A stretch of DNA of 64,000 bases from the human T2T-CHM13v2.0 reference genome, Homo sapiens, in the NCBI RefSeq assembly GCF_009914755.1, contig NC_060936.1; one strand, written 5' to 3'. The first letter of the stretch is position 1, and each line of letters begins with the position of its first letter. The translations under genes were made by a program, and so were the position numbers. The notes under the pieces were generated by a model. It had not been told where the DNA came from and made no database searches. It saw only the letters and a list, made by a program, of their open reading frames with translations. This document shows, in pieces, positions 43,401 to 57,559 of the stretch.

Positions 43401-45642
43401 CCTTGTGCCATAATACCATAACCTATTATTTGGCTGAGCTAAATGCAAAATAATTTCCAGAAATCAGCAAGTGTGTTCAGTTCAACCATATGGATCTATG
43501 GTAGTACAATGTTGTACCCCAGGGAATGAAAAATGTATGTGACAATGATGAAACTGAATAGTTGTGAAAGACTGCATGGGCAGCAAAGCTCTAAATATTT
43601 ACTACCTTGTTCTTTTTTTAAAAAAAGTTTGCCATTTCTTGGTCTATCCTACCGTATTGTGTTTATTCCCATAAGCTTCTCCAAGTCCTTTTTGGAATGA
43701 GGTGAGGATGCCAATATGCAAATAATCACTTTCCAATAGTGGCTTTCGTTTTGATCTTACCTTCTTGTTGAGATGTGTGGGAATTTTATTTAAAGAGAGC
43801 TCACAGGCTGACATTCTCTGTTTATCAGCTCTGTGTGGTGTTGTGGTGAGTAGGTTGATGGGGTCTGTGACATGGACCAGCATGGAGGTAAATCCAAAGT
43901 GAGGATGAGAACAGGCATGAAGGGAGATCCCTGAGATGAGAAGGCCCTCCCTGAGTGAGGAGCTGCATTAGCCCTACCCCACCCCTACCCTCCATTTCCA
44001 CCAAGTTGTTGCTGGTCGTCACCTCTACCAGTCAGGTTGCAGATTTTTCCCCACATGGACATGAAAATTTGGCTTGTTTTCTGGGGCTCGGTGCCACAGC
44101 CTGTGATTTGTGTTGGTTGCTAAACTATCACCCTACTAAAAATTTAAAAAACAAATAAAAACCAAACCCCTCAAACCCATACCTATGAGGTGAAGGGAGG
44201 GGAGAGACAGGACTTCCACTGCCCAATGTTCATTCTCAAAAGACATCTCATGACTGAGGCTATTATTAAGAAAGTCAGGTATCAGTAGCCCACCTCTTTT
44301 TCTCTCATGTTTTTCTTTTACAAGTATGCTACAAGATTATAAAAGGTATAAAAATACCTTAAAATCTCAAGACACTCTGTGAGAATGTAATAAAGAACCA
44401 ATACCAAATAAATTACTCTTAAATATAATTTAATGGTGTTTCCTCTGTAATGCAGGGAAACCACATTAGAGAACACAGGAAATTGGGAACTATAAAGAAT
44501 AGGACTGACTAATAGTATTAACTGCTCTAAATAATCCAAATTAGACTGGCTACTTTCCTGATATATGTCACTTTTTATTGCAAGTCAACAGTCTGACATA
44601 AAGTCTATAAGAGCCATAAAGAAAAACTCAAGTGCATTTTCAGCCGTGGTTCTCCTGGGGCATACACACTCACTATTCATAGAAAAGAATGGAATATTCA
44701 GCCTTTGTGGCTTAAATATCCTTTAACTGTACATGCATTCCCACAGAGTGATTACCCTCATCACAAAGGGTCAGAGCACATTAGTTCACTTTAAAATTCA
44801 TTGTTAAAAACAATTCGATCCAATAAGAAATTTCTAGATTGTTCTCTACATTATGTAATATAAATTCAAATGCCTTTCTAGAGAATGAATGGTGTGTGAG
44901 TAGAAGGAGGAGATGAAGGAGAGGCACAGAACGAGATAAATTCTACTCTTAAATTCTCAAAGATGCCAACTGAGCTCTTCCGTGATAAATAATAAACTAC
45001 TCCATGAGGTCTTAAATTTCGTATGCCCTGAAAATAAGACAAACTAGAAACAATCTCTAAATTCATTGTGTGGTTATTTCTAGAGAAAGGAGCATTTAGA
45101 TTCTGTATTCTGCCTCTCCCACTCAATTCTGGACAAGATCTTGTCAAAAGTAAAACATCTACTCTTTGAGTTGCTTACCCATAGAAACAGTTCAACTAGA
45201 GATGGAAGTGGCCTGGAATAGTCTGCAATGTGTAATGGTGTCTAACTTAACTTACTTCTAAAAAAGAAAGAATTTGTTTTTGTTTTGCATAGTTATAAAA
45301 ATGTAGAGGAACAGATATTCAACAGAGGCCTATGAAGAGCAGGCTGTGGGGATTGGTTTTGACAGATGACACACCTACTGTTTTACATGACTTAATTTGT
45401 CTTACATGCCTTAATTTGTAGTTTTATAAAGTTAATTACTGAAATGTTAATAAAATGCAAATAAGTAAAATACAAATGCATTAGGAAAGAGTATGCTCCC
45501 ACCTCCACCTATCTGGTGTCCTGGTTGATGATGAAATAGGAAGCAAGAAGAAGGTTTTTGGTAAATTGGAGAAGAAACAAAGATTATAAGCATATATCTT
45601 GCCCAAAATGATGCAACAAAACTGGTTAATATTAGTAAAAGA

Positions 45643-46388
<746 letters not shown>

Positions 46389-46619
46389 AAGGACCTGAAT
46401 TCCTTTCTCTAGTCTTATTTCCTCCGCTGGCTTGGGCCCACCAAGAAGAAAACTAAACAAAACAGAGCCAGAGGTCAGGTGGAAGAAGTATGGCAAGGGA
46501 AAGGAAAGTAGGCGAAGGCTTAAAAAGATAGAGGTTTGATACTGTGTGTGCTCAAGGTATCACACACAGTATCGCACACACTCGCTCCTTAATCACACTG
46601 ATGTCAACTCATATGGCTG

Positions 46620-46945
46620 TACCCAGCCCACTTGGCTCCAGCCATCTCAGCCTCCTTACTGTCTGTGATGGGTCTAGTACTTCCCTGCCTCAGGGACTTG
46701 GCACTGGCTTTCCCTGCTCTTGGAATGCTCTTCCCCAAACAGCCACATGGCTCACCCTTGCACTTCCTTCATGTCTCTGCTCTAATGTCACCTTATCTGT
46801 GAGGCCAGCCCTGACCTCTTCGCATCACCTAATATTTGACAAATCAAGACATATTTTAAGTGTTTAACTGTAAGCTCCATGCAGGTGGGACTTTCATTTT
46901 GTTCACTGTGCTAATCACAGCAACCAAAAGGCACTCAATCAATAT
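46620..46945 (+). mobile_element. L2 LINE 3' fragment
   Basis: cctgcctcagggacttggcactggc..ccctgctcttggaatgctcttcccc...ctgtaagctccatg..ggcactcaatcaatatt. Confidence 0.75.
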
Positions 46946-48928
46946 TAAGACAAGGACAGAGGAAAAAGTAGTGAAGCTACAAAGAACATATTCTCCTTTC
47001 AATATAAGCCAAGGTTGTTTTCTATGATTGAGAATCAGTCAAAGGTGAAAATGAAAGATCTTTCCATGAATCTCTGGACTCACTGCATACGCTTGTTTAT
47101 TCAGTATTTTTTTCTTGGTAATATATAGCTTCACTATCTCAAAATTTATGGATATAATCAGGGATTATAAAATAATTTCAGCTCGATACTTGCTGATTCA
47201 GTACACAACTCGTTTGGAAATATTCCAGGTGGACCGACCTGTGCTTATTCTGCTGACATTATTATAAACATTTCATCTATTGTTTCTTTTTAACACAGAA
47301 CAATGTCCATAAAGCATGACCTCTATGTTCATAAAAGTTTAATCCTCCTGTTTACTGCCTCAGATTCAAAGCCCTTACCATCATGTCCTTAGAAGTTCAT
47401 CATCACACACACACAAAACAGGATTATTCCCACTTCGAGAGGTTACTAACTAGTAGGAGAACCTGACTGTAAGGCCTGATTCCTATCTCCCTTCTGGTGT
47501 GTAAGCAGATCAAGAAAAGTGAAACCAGGCCACAAAAACATGAGCAAAGCTCTGTCTCCAACCTCTGAAAGAAGAAAACCTGGAGAGTGTAAGTGGCCAA
47601 GAATTGCCAGAGGCTCTAGTTAAACGGTTGCAAAGAATGTTCAAGATGAAAGCCACTACAGAAGAGCTCAATCTTAACTATCCCCACAGCTGGAATGTTC
47701 TGCTAAGTTTTTAGGATGCATTAAAGTGATTTTGAAACAAACTCCCTGAAAGAAAAGGATCAACAGCCTTTCACAGAGGAAGTTTCCATTCATTCATCAT
47801 GTTATCAAAGACACTCTGGGGAGGGCCAAGACTTGCCTGTGTGCAGGGTCTACTGCCATCATGAGAGCTTATGTTTAACACACTTGACCGAGATGACAGC
47901 CTGTGGGGAATCACCAGTCCCCTTAATTAGCTGGGAGAAAGTCAAGAAAAACCCTTTCTGACATACCCATTCAGGCTCCACTATATGTGCTCCTGCAGAT
48001 CAGTTACAATAGAGCAGGCACACCAATCCATGAGCTAAAGTCAGATAATAAAACAAACCTCATATTCACCCCTAAATATTTCATGCGGCTGTTGAGCACA
48101 GTGCTTTTCAAGCCTTTAGATATATGTCTTACAAGAAAAGATTCTCTAGACTAAAATCTATTTGAACAGAATTGCTAACTTTTTGCAGTTTTATTCATTT
48201 AGATAATAGATACTGAGTGGCAAATTTAGATAATAAATAAATAAAATTTAGGTAATAAATATTGAGTGGGGCAAGTTCTTAGTGATAGAAGTATGGCAGT
48301 GAACAAGACAGCAAAAAATATTTGTCCCCATGGGGCTCATGCTCTGGTTGGCAGAAATAGGCATTAAGTAAAATAACCAAACTATATAGTATTTTAGAAC
48401 TTGAAGTTTAAGTGAAGGGAGTTAAAAAGTAAAAGGGAGATAAAGAAAGGAGTAGAGAGTATATGACTACATTTTAAATAGGATGGTTAAAGTAGACCTT
48501 ACTAACAAGGTGAAATTTGAGCTCAAGTTTATGTAACTAATTGGCATGCCAGAGTTTCTTAAGGATGGTTATTTACATGATCCTTGCTTTATAAAATTCA
48601 TTTACAAAAAGATGTATCAGATGGTTACTTTAAAATAAGGTGTTTAGGGAGAAAGAATACCCTCTTCAAAAAACGATGCAGAGAAAACTGGATAAGCACA
48701 TGCAAAAGAATGAAGTTGGATCCCTACTTCACTGCACACCCAAAGATTAACTCAAAAATGAATCAATGACCTAAATATAAGAGCTAAAACCACAAAACTC
48801 TTAGAAGAAAACAGTCATAAATCTTCATGACCTTGGATTTGGCCATGTATTTTTAGATTTGACAATAAGAGCATGATAGAAAAAGAAAAACATAGCTAAA
48901 TTGGACTTCACAAAAATTAAAAACTTTT

Positions 48929-49233
<305 letters not shown>

Positions 49234-49877
49234 TAAAAACTTTTGTGCATCAAAGGACATTATCAGGAATGTAAAAGGCCAACCTACGGAATGAGAGACA
49301 GTATTTGCAAATCAAATATCTTTTAGGGGTTTAATATCCTGAATATATAAATAATTCTTTACAACTCAACAACAAAAAAGACAATCCAATTAAAAAATGG
49401 GCAAAGACCTAAATAGACATTTCTCCAGAGAAGATATAAGGATGGCCAATAAACATATGAAAGGATGCTCAACTTCATTGATCATTAAGGAAATGCAAAT
49501 CACAACCACAATAAGTCACCTCTTCAGACTCAGTAGGATAGCTTTAATTAAAATAACAAAAGATAAATAACAAGTGTTGGTTGGGATGTAGAGAAATAGG
49601 AGCTCTTGTACATTGCTGGAGGGAATGCAACATGGTACAGCCACTACGGAAGTTTGTCAGTGCTTCAAAAAGTTGAAAACTTAATTACTTTATGACTCAG
49701 CAATCCACTCCTAGTTATATGCTATAGAGAAATGAAAACATATATCCACAAAGAAACTTGTACACAAATATGTACAGTAGCATTATTTTTAGTAGTCCAA
49801 AAAAAAAAAAAACCATCGAAAGTAGGAAAACATTGAATGTCCATCAATGAATAAATGGATAAGCAAACTGTGGTATA

Positions 49878-50368
49878 TGCTAAAGGTATTAAAATATTCT
49901 GGCATATTTACTTAAATTACTTGAATATAAGTTCATAACATTTGAAAAACAGCAGGTGCAAAAAGATCACTTTGACCTTCTTGTTATTTCTTAAAACAGA
50001 AAATGCAATTCCCATGTGAAAGATGCCCTCCCCATACCAAAAAGACGCAGCTTCCTTATCCTCAAGGATGAGAAATATAACCAGAGAGAATCATGTGCAG
50101 ACCTTGTTAAAGTAACTCTTATCTTCTAAGCTTCCCCACATAATTTAGTTGTACCTTCACTATTTACTATTCTTTGTCCAATCCAGCTTATAAATAATGG
50201 ACTTCAACTGCTTCTTTGACTCTTTAATTCTTTATGAGGGCATCTGTGACATGTAAAACTTGTATTACATAAATGTGCATGTTTTCTCCTACTTATCTTA
50301 TCTCAACTTAATTAGTGAACAGAAGCGTGACCCTAAGTGGATGGTGGTGGAGTTTTTCTGCCCCTACA
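49878..50368 (+). mobile_element. MER34/MER39-like ERV1 solo LTR inside L1
   Basis: TG...CA ends, 3' end gaccctaag..gg..gtttttctgcccctaca. It interrupts the L1 between tgtggtata and catacaatgaaatattattcagcc. Confidence 0.65.
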
Positions 50369-50768
50369 TTACATACAATGAAATATTATTCAGCCATGAA
50401 AAGGAACAACGTGGTACAACTTCAGTGAACATCAAGAATATGGTGTTAAGTGAAAGAAGCCAGACATACAAGATTACATGTTTTATTACTCCTGTAAACA
50501 AAAAATAAAACTCTAAGGCTTCCAGCCATCTGAATGGACCCCTCCTCTTGCTCGAGAGCTTTCCAGAGTTACCTGAAAATCTAGTTCAGGCCATGATGAA
50601 AGAGCAGGTTGGACATACCTCATTATGTCCCACCAGCATTAACGTCAACACAGACTTTATAAGAAACATTTACAGTCTATTCTCTCTAAAGCCTGCTACT
50701 TGGAGGCTTCATCTGCATGGTAAAACCAAGGTCTCTACAACCCTTTATTGTAACCCAAGCATTCCTTT

Positions 50769-51068
50769 ATTTTTTATTGTTATTTTTTGAGACAGACTTC
50801 GCTCTGTCACCCAGGCTGGAGTAAGTGGTGCGATCTCGGCTCACTGCAACCTCCACCTCCTGGGTTCAAGAGATTCTTCCACCTCAGCCTGCCAAGTAGC
50901 TAGAAGTACAGGCGCACACCACTATGCCCAGCTAATTTTTGTATTTTTAGTAGAGATGGGGTTTCACCATGTTGGCCAGGCTGGTCTTGAACTCCTGGCC
51001 TCAAGTGATCTGCCTGCCTTGGCCTCCCAAAGTGCTGGGGTTACAGGCATCAGAGACTGCGCCCGGCC
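50769..51068 (-). mobile_element. AluS
   Basis: Full dimer. TSD gcattccttt. Confidence 0.95.
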
Positions 51069-51144
51069 TCAGGCATTCCTTTCTATTGATAATAACTCTT
51101 TCAACAAATTGCCAATCAGAAAATTTTTAAAGCTACCTATGATG

Positions 51145-51442
51145 GGCCGGGCACGGTGGCTCACATCTGTAATCCCAGCACTGTGGGAGGCCGAGGCAGG
51201 TGGATCACGAGGTCAGGAGATTGAGACCATCCTGGCTAACACAGTGAAACCCCGTCTCTACTAAAAAAATACAAAAAATTAGCCGGGCGTGGTGGCGGGC
51301 GCCTGTAGTCCCTGCTACACGGGAGGCTGAGGCAAGAGAATGGCGTGAACCCGGGAGGTGGAGTTTGCAGTTAGTGGAGATGCGCCAATGCACTCCAGCC
51401 TGGGCAACAGAGAGAGACTCCGTCTCAAAAAAAGAAAAAAAA
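51145..51442 (+). mobile_element. AluY
   Basis: Y diagnostics (gagaccatcctggctaac; gagaatggcgtgaacccggg). 14-bp TSD aaagctacctatga. Confidence 0.95.
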
Positions 51443-52064
51443 AAAGCTACCTATGACCTGGAAGTGCCTCCACCCTTCAAGTTGTTCTGCCCTCCCATAT
51501 CGAGCCAATGTATGTTTTACATGTATGATTGATGTCTCATGTCTCCCTAAAATGTACAAAAGCAAGCTGTACCCCTACCACAGAGGGCACTTGTAGTCAG
51601 GACCTCCTGAGGCTGTGTCACAGGTGTGTCCTTCACCTTGGCAAAATAAACTTTCTAAATTGGCTGAGGCCAGTCTCAGACATTTTGGGCTCACACTCCT
51701 TTTATATTCTATACCCAGAATAGGCAAATTCATAGAGACAGAAAGCACATTAAAGGTTATCAGGGGATGGAGGAGGGGAAAGCTGAGAGTGATTACTTAA
51801 TAAGTATGGGGGTATTTTATGGGGTAATGAAAAAGCTTTGAAACTAGAAAGTGCTGGCAGTTGTATAACACTGTAAATACACTAAGTACCACTAAATTGT
51901 ACTCTTTAAAATAGTTAATTGTATGTTATATAACTTTCACCTCAATTTTAAAAAGATGTTTTAATCATTCAAATTTTTTTCATTCAATTTTCAGGATTGG
52001 CCTTATGTTTTGTGTTTAAATTTCAGTTCTGTATTCATTCCAGCCTTTTACCTATTTGCAATAT

Positions 52065-53715
52065 TTAATCGTTTTTTATACTTTATTGAGGTAAAGTTCC
52101 CATACAACAAATTCACCCATTTTAAGTTATATATTTTGGTGAGTTTCACTACCACAATCATATTTTAAAAAGCATAAAATGTTATTTCAAGTTATAGTCA
52201 ACCTCCAACCCCACATGTTTTCTGTCATTATAATTATGCCTTTTTTAGAGTTTCACATGAATGGAATCATATAGGGTATTTAGTTTGTTTTTATGCTGCT
52301 ATGAAGAAATACCCAAGACTAGGTAATTTATAAAGAAAACAGGTTTAATTGACTCACAGTTCTGCATGGCTGGGGAGGCTTCAGGAAACTTACAATCATA
52401 GTGGAAGGTAAAGAGGAAGCAGGGACCTTGGGCAGCAGGAGACAGAATGAGTGCTGAGCAAAGGGAGAAAAACCCCTAATAAAACCATCAGATCTCGTGA
52501 GAACTCTCTCACTATCACAAGAACAGCATGTGGGTAACTGCCCCCATGAGTCAATTACCTCTCACGGGGTCCCTCCTATGACATGTGGGGATTATGGGAA
52601 CTACAATTCAATTTGGGTGGGGACACAGCCAAACCATGTCATATAGCATACAGTCTTACATGTCTGGCTTCTTTCACTTAGCACCATGTTCATCCATGTC
52701 TGTCCACATTGTTTTATGTATTCGTAGTTTGTTCCCTAAAATTTCTGAATAATTGATGACACTGAGTTCGTCCATTTGCATGTTAGGTCATTAGATTTTT
52801 CCCACTTTGTCTGCTATTATAAATAAAGCTGTATGAATATTCACAGACAAGATATTCATATGGGCAAGTTTTCATTTCTTTTCAGTAGGTGGAGATAGGT
52901 AGAGCTGTTTAATTTTATGTTTAACTTTTTAAGAAACTTCCAAATTTTTCCAAAATGTCTGAATCATTTTTTATTCCCATCAGTAATGTATAAGGATTCC
53001 AGTTGCTCCACAGTGGCCAACGCTCAGTGTTGGGAATCTTTTTAATGATAGTCATTATAGTGAGAGTATAATGGTATCTCTTTGTGGATTTAATTTGAAG
53101 TTCTCTAATGACTAATGATGCTGAGCATCTTTTCATGTATTTATTAATTAAAAACTTTGCATATCTTCTTCTGTGCAGGGTCTACTTGGATCTTTTCTCC
53201 ATTTTAGTTTTTGCCTTGTTAATATTGAGTTTTAAGAGCACTTTTAATATTCAGATACAAGGCCTTTGTAGATTTATGTTTTACAAATATTTTCTCCCAA
53301 TTTGTGGCTTGCCTCTTCATTTAATTCACATTATCTTTTGATGAAAAAAATATTTAATTTTGATGATGTCCAATTTATCAACTTTTTCTTTTACAGTTTT
53401 CACATTGTGTTCTAAGAAATATTTGCTTAAGTCAAATTCACAAAGATTTTCTCCTTTTCTTTTAGAAATTTTGGTGTAATTTGCTTTTATTTTTAGGATT
53501 ATGATCCACTTGGAATTAATTTCTGTATACTGTATAAGGTAAGGTTTAAGATTCATATTTTTTCCTTACAGATATTCAGTTACATTTTTAAAAGACCATC
53601 CTTTCTCCATTGAATTACTTTGACAACTATGTCAAAAAACAGTTGATCCCATTAGTGTGGATTTAGCCCTGAATTCTCAATTCTATTCCATTTCCTATTG
53701 ACACTTTTTAAAAAA
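52065..53715 (-). mobile_element. Old L1M LINE (ORF2 3' end and 3'UTR) interrupted by a THE1 LTR
   Basis: ctttattgaggtaaagttcccatacaacaaattcacccattttaag 3' end. Reverse-frame peptides MKRCSASLVIRELQIK and MNLKPYLIQYTEINSKWI. Confidence 0.85.
52275..52641 (-). mobile_element. THE1 (C/D-like) MaLR solo LTR
   Basis: gctgctatgaagaaatacccaagactaggtaatttataaag...gggtggggacacagccaaaccatgtca. 5-bp TSD tatag. Confidence 0.92.
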
Positions 53716-54414
53716 CTGAGTTTGATCACACACTCCTGTTTCTTCGTATATCTAGTAATCGTTGGTTAAACTGGGTGTTGCATGCCACACATTGTAGGGA
53801 CCCTGGATTCTATTTTGTTCTTCTGAAATTGTTGATTTTCCTGTTTGAATACATTTGATGAGTTTCCATAGACTCAAACTGGAAAATCTGTTTCTCTGCA
53901 GAATGCTGAAATTATTACTCAGTTCTTTTTTCTTTTGCCTGGATTTCTGGGGATTTCTCTTGTGCCAACATGGCTTTGTGATCAGCCAATGATTTGGGCA
54001 GAGGTTATACATGGATAACTCAAGCCAGTGAATTTTCCAATCTCTGCTGCTCAACTCGTGCACGCATTGAAGAATGGATTCAAACTTGCAGCAAGTAAGT
54101 CTCCCAGGGCTTTTAATTTTGCTTGTGCATATGTCATTTAACAGCCACGAATGCATGGAGAGTATATTACCTCTGCCCTTTCATATTTCTCTTGCTTCCA
54201 AAACTTTCCCCTTAAATTTTTGCTGCTCTGTTTCTTTCCCAAACCAAATTTTTCCAAAATTGTAAAACTTTCCAAAGTTTACCAGCCAATTCCAACCAGT
54301 AAACTTATTAATTTTTACTGCTAGATCTGACAGGATGGAAAGACCTTCAGGTAAAAGCATCTTATCCAATGCAGTAGCAGTTTTTTCATAAGCAAACATT
54401 TTCAAGTTCTTTGC

Positions 54415-54794
54415 TGAAATGATTTGTCTGTGTCACTACCCAAATCTCATCTTGAATGGTAGTTCCCATAATCCCCATGTGTTGTGGGGATCAGGTGGAG
54501 ATAGTTAAATCATGGGGGCAGTTTCCCCCATTCTGCTCCTGTGATAGCGAGTTAGTTCTCACTAGATATAATGGTTTTATAAGGGGCTTTCCCCTTCCCC
54601 TTCACTGGGCACTCATTATTCTCTTTCCTGCCACCTTGTGAAGAAGGACATGTTTGCTTCCCCTTCTGCCCTGATTGTAAGTTTCCTAAGGCCTCCCCAG
54701 CCCTGCATACCTGTGAGCTAACTAAACCTCTTTCATTTATAAATTATCCAGTCTCAGGTATGTCCTTATAGCAGTATGATAATGAACTAGTACA
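54415..54794 (+). mobile_element. THE1 MaLR solo LTR
   Basis: tgaaatgatttgtctgtgtcactacccaaatctcatcttgaa...aatgaactagtaca. Perfect 5-bp TSD tttgc. Confidence 0.92.
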
Positions 54795-55254
54795 TTTGCC
54801 TTTGGTCTTTGGTCATTTTTGAAATAGCTGTTTTTAGTAATTTTGTACAGTTTTATACTTTTTGGGGAAGTAGTGGGAGAAATCATCCAACTACCCCTGG
54901 CAGTCACTCATGAAAGTAGAGTCTTAACCATATTTTAAGCATTTATAAATAGGTTATTTACCACAATTTCATTTATCATTATATTAAGTCAAATAAATTA
55001 CTTTGAAAATCAGCCAACCACAGTAGTAACCTCTCATTTACAAACATTAAGCTTCAGTTTCAATACAGGGTTAGTAGAAACAGTCAAAAAATCTATAAGG
55101 TGGCCATGGTATGTTATTACCCGCTACAAAAAATTTACATAGACAAGGAGAGGAGATTCAATTTACACCCAGACCATCCGCACTAAAAAGAACATTATAG
55201 GCATAGAATATCTGTCTTCAAATGCAGAGTTCATTCTACTTTTGAGAAAATTAC

Positions 55255-55444
55255 CTTAAAGGCTGCTAAGCAGTGCAGGCTCAATAAGGCCATCACAACC
55301 GCCAGAAAGATGGTGGCTAAGTTCCGCATGTCCCATATGGTCTCTACCAGAGGAATACTGCCGACCTGCCAGTCATAGCACAGGGTCACGGGTGCAAGCA
55401 GAAGCCACACATTGAAGGCCAAGAGGTAGGAATAGGTGAGGAAT
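55255..55444 (-). CDS. TMTC1: TMTC1 internal coding exon (190 nt, phase 2-0; probably exon 6), DUF1736/luminal loop plus TM helix
   Basis: Minus-strand acceptor cttcttctctttatAG|A and donor TTTAAG|GTAAT. Translates [63 protein letters not shown], which I recognise as TMTC1 (LCYDW motif of the TMTC family). Confidence 0.96.
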
Positions 55445-56124
55445 CTATAAAGAGAAGAAGAATCACTGAAACACTGCTCAAGAACCATGACATTCTGTAA
55501 GCGTTCAGTCACCATATTTTTATTAAATAGCATTTCTACCCAGTCAATGTTATCTTGGAGGAGAAGACAAGGGAAGATGGAAAGCCATTCACTCATTTAT
55601 TCATTAAATTGATAGATTTGGGATATATCTAATAGGTTCTAGCCACTCTGAGGTGCTGACCTTTTAATGGTGAACAAATACAGATACAGTTTCCATGACA
55701 TATATTTTAAAATTATCATACAAATAAACATATTACAACTGGAAATGAATGCTAGGAAGGAAAAGAGACATTTGAACTGTCCCTTCTTAACAGTGCCCAG
55801 AATTCTGCAGTAGATTTGAAAATATTTCATCATTTTTATATTACACTGATCTATATTGAGTTATTTCAAAAAGTCAAAATATTTGTGGTATGGAGATAAT
55901 ATGTGGTAGGAGGGAAACTGCAGGTGTCCTTGCTGACAAGGACAGCCAGGTAGACACAGGGACAATGGATGGAGGAGGTGTTATGCCTGTTTCCTGGCTG
56001 TCACTAGGCACTAAGGTAAAGTGGAAGGCATTCTAGTTGTTCCCCTCACTTTGGGGGTAGAGAAAATGGAATTTATTTAAATTCATTCAGTCAACACACT
56101 TATTAAGCAGTGTTCTAGACCCTT

Positions 56125-56727
56125 GAGAACTGCACATAACAACTTTGTCCAAATCTCTGCATTAGGAGACAATCAAACTCTAGCATAGCCTCAGCATAAG
56201 GCTGTGTCCCTGGGATGACCCCAGCCCCTCATTAAAATGCTTACCTGAGAAATGCTGTCAGGAGAATTTATTATTTGCTCTAGTCAACACGTTACAACAT
56301 GCCCCCAACCTCCTTTTTTTTAAAACAGCATTTACAAAAATGTGCTTATGACTGTGAATACTTAATTCTTACAACACAGAAGCATCTCCCTCAAGGACCC
56401 GAGAGCCATTCCTATGGAATGTAATCATCAGGAAGGACAGAGCCTCTGCCTCCCAATCTCTGGAAGCACAGAACTTTAACTTTGAGAACTGTCAGCCAGT
56501 GGGCACAGTCGGCCTAATTGCATCTACAGGGACCAATGCTCTGTAAGTCTTCACCTCTCTGACACTACTGAGCAACCCCACTCCACCCACTCCCTCACCC
56601 TCCCTTTGAAAGGCCCAGTCACTTCTGCACAAATCAGAATGAAGCTCTGCTCCTTCCCCTACTGTCAGTAGTGATGGAGTGAAATCGGTGTTCACTGCTT
56701 CAGCTCATATCTGATTGTGTTTGTCAA
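56125..56727 (+). mobile_element. ERV1 LTR (MER67/MER31-like)
   Basis: LTR-like motifs (gtccctgggatgaccccagcccc; tgtaatcatcaggaagga; ctccttcccctactgtcagtag) and terminal ..tttgtca. Family assignment tentative. Confidence 0.5.
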
Positions 56728-57559
56728 CTTATTTGGGATCAAACAGAAGAATTAGATGAATTCATTGTCCTCAAGGAATGTATAATCCAATAGTGAAAAT
56801 AGGACATACTGAATTAAAAAGGCAGAAGGAAACAGATGAACACCATAAGAGCACAGACTGTGAAGAAAGTTTCTCCCTCATTTGTCAGGTTCTTTTAGAG
56901 GGAATCTTGGATTGGCAAAGACATTAGATGAGATAATTTCCAAGTTACTTTCCAGTGTGAAGCGTCAGTTCACCCTGAATTCCTGTCAACAAATAGCTAC
57001 TGGTTTAGAACACCTTCTCAGTTCTCTCCTCCCCTCCTCTGTTACTCTTTGAAGGTCAGTGGTAGAAAGGAAAATCATCCACAGCCATCAGGCTGCAGGG
57101 CAGGAGGGAGATTATTTACCGCTCAGACTCTCAAACCCCAACAAAGACATGGGTTGAAAGAGGCATGGCTATTTAAATGATGTTCAACTCTTTCCCCTCT
57201 GTTGTAATTTTTAACTAAAAGGTAATATACAAATAGAGTAGTATATACTGAAAGTTTGATAAAGTCCAGGCTTTGTTATTTAACAACAACAAAAAATGCC
57301 AAAAAAAAAAAAATGCCGTTTATCTTTCAGGCTTGGGCCTGCGACATTGTCACCTGAGAATGCCATCTCCACAGGAAAGTGATTGGATCATTTTGGGCTC
57401 CTTTTTTCACAGACCTTTCAGGCTGATGCCATCTACCTTTCAGCCCACTAAAGGTTCTCTATGACTTAGCTTTTCAGGTAAGTGGTGAACCATCAAACTT
57501 AGAAGAAAAAATTGGGTAGCTCTGTCTCTCAGTCACATCCCAGCTCTTAAAAATGACTT

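Larger units (their letters stand above)
50493..51695 (+). mobile_element. MER4-family ERV1 solo LTR containing two Alus
   Basis: tgtaaacaaaaaataaaactctaagg...ggcaaaataaactttctaaattg...ttttgggctcaca. Perfect 4-bp TSD ctcc (50489-50492 / 51696-51699). Confidence 0.88.

Noticed and set aside
55445-55596. ORF-track N-terminal extension MSEWLSIF...SSSLY upstream of the 190-nt exon
   Set aside because: This is intronic read-through upstream of a canonical acceptor and does not resemble TMTC protein sequence.
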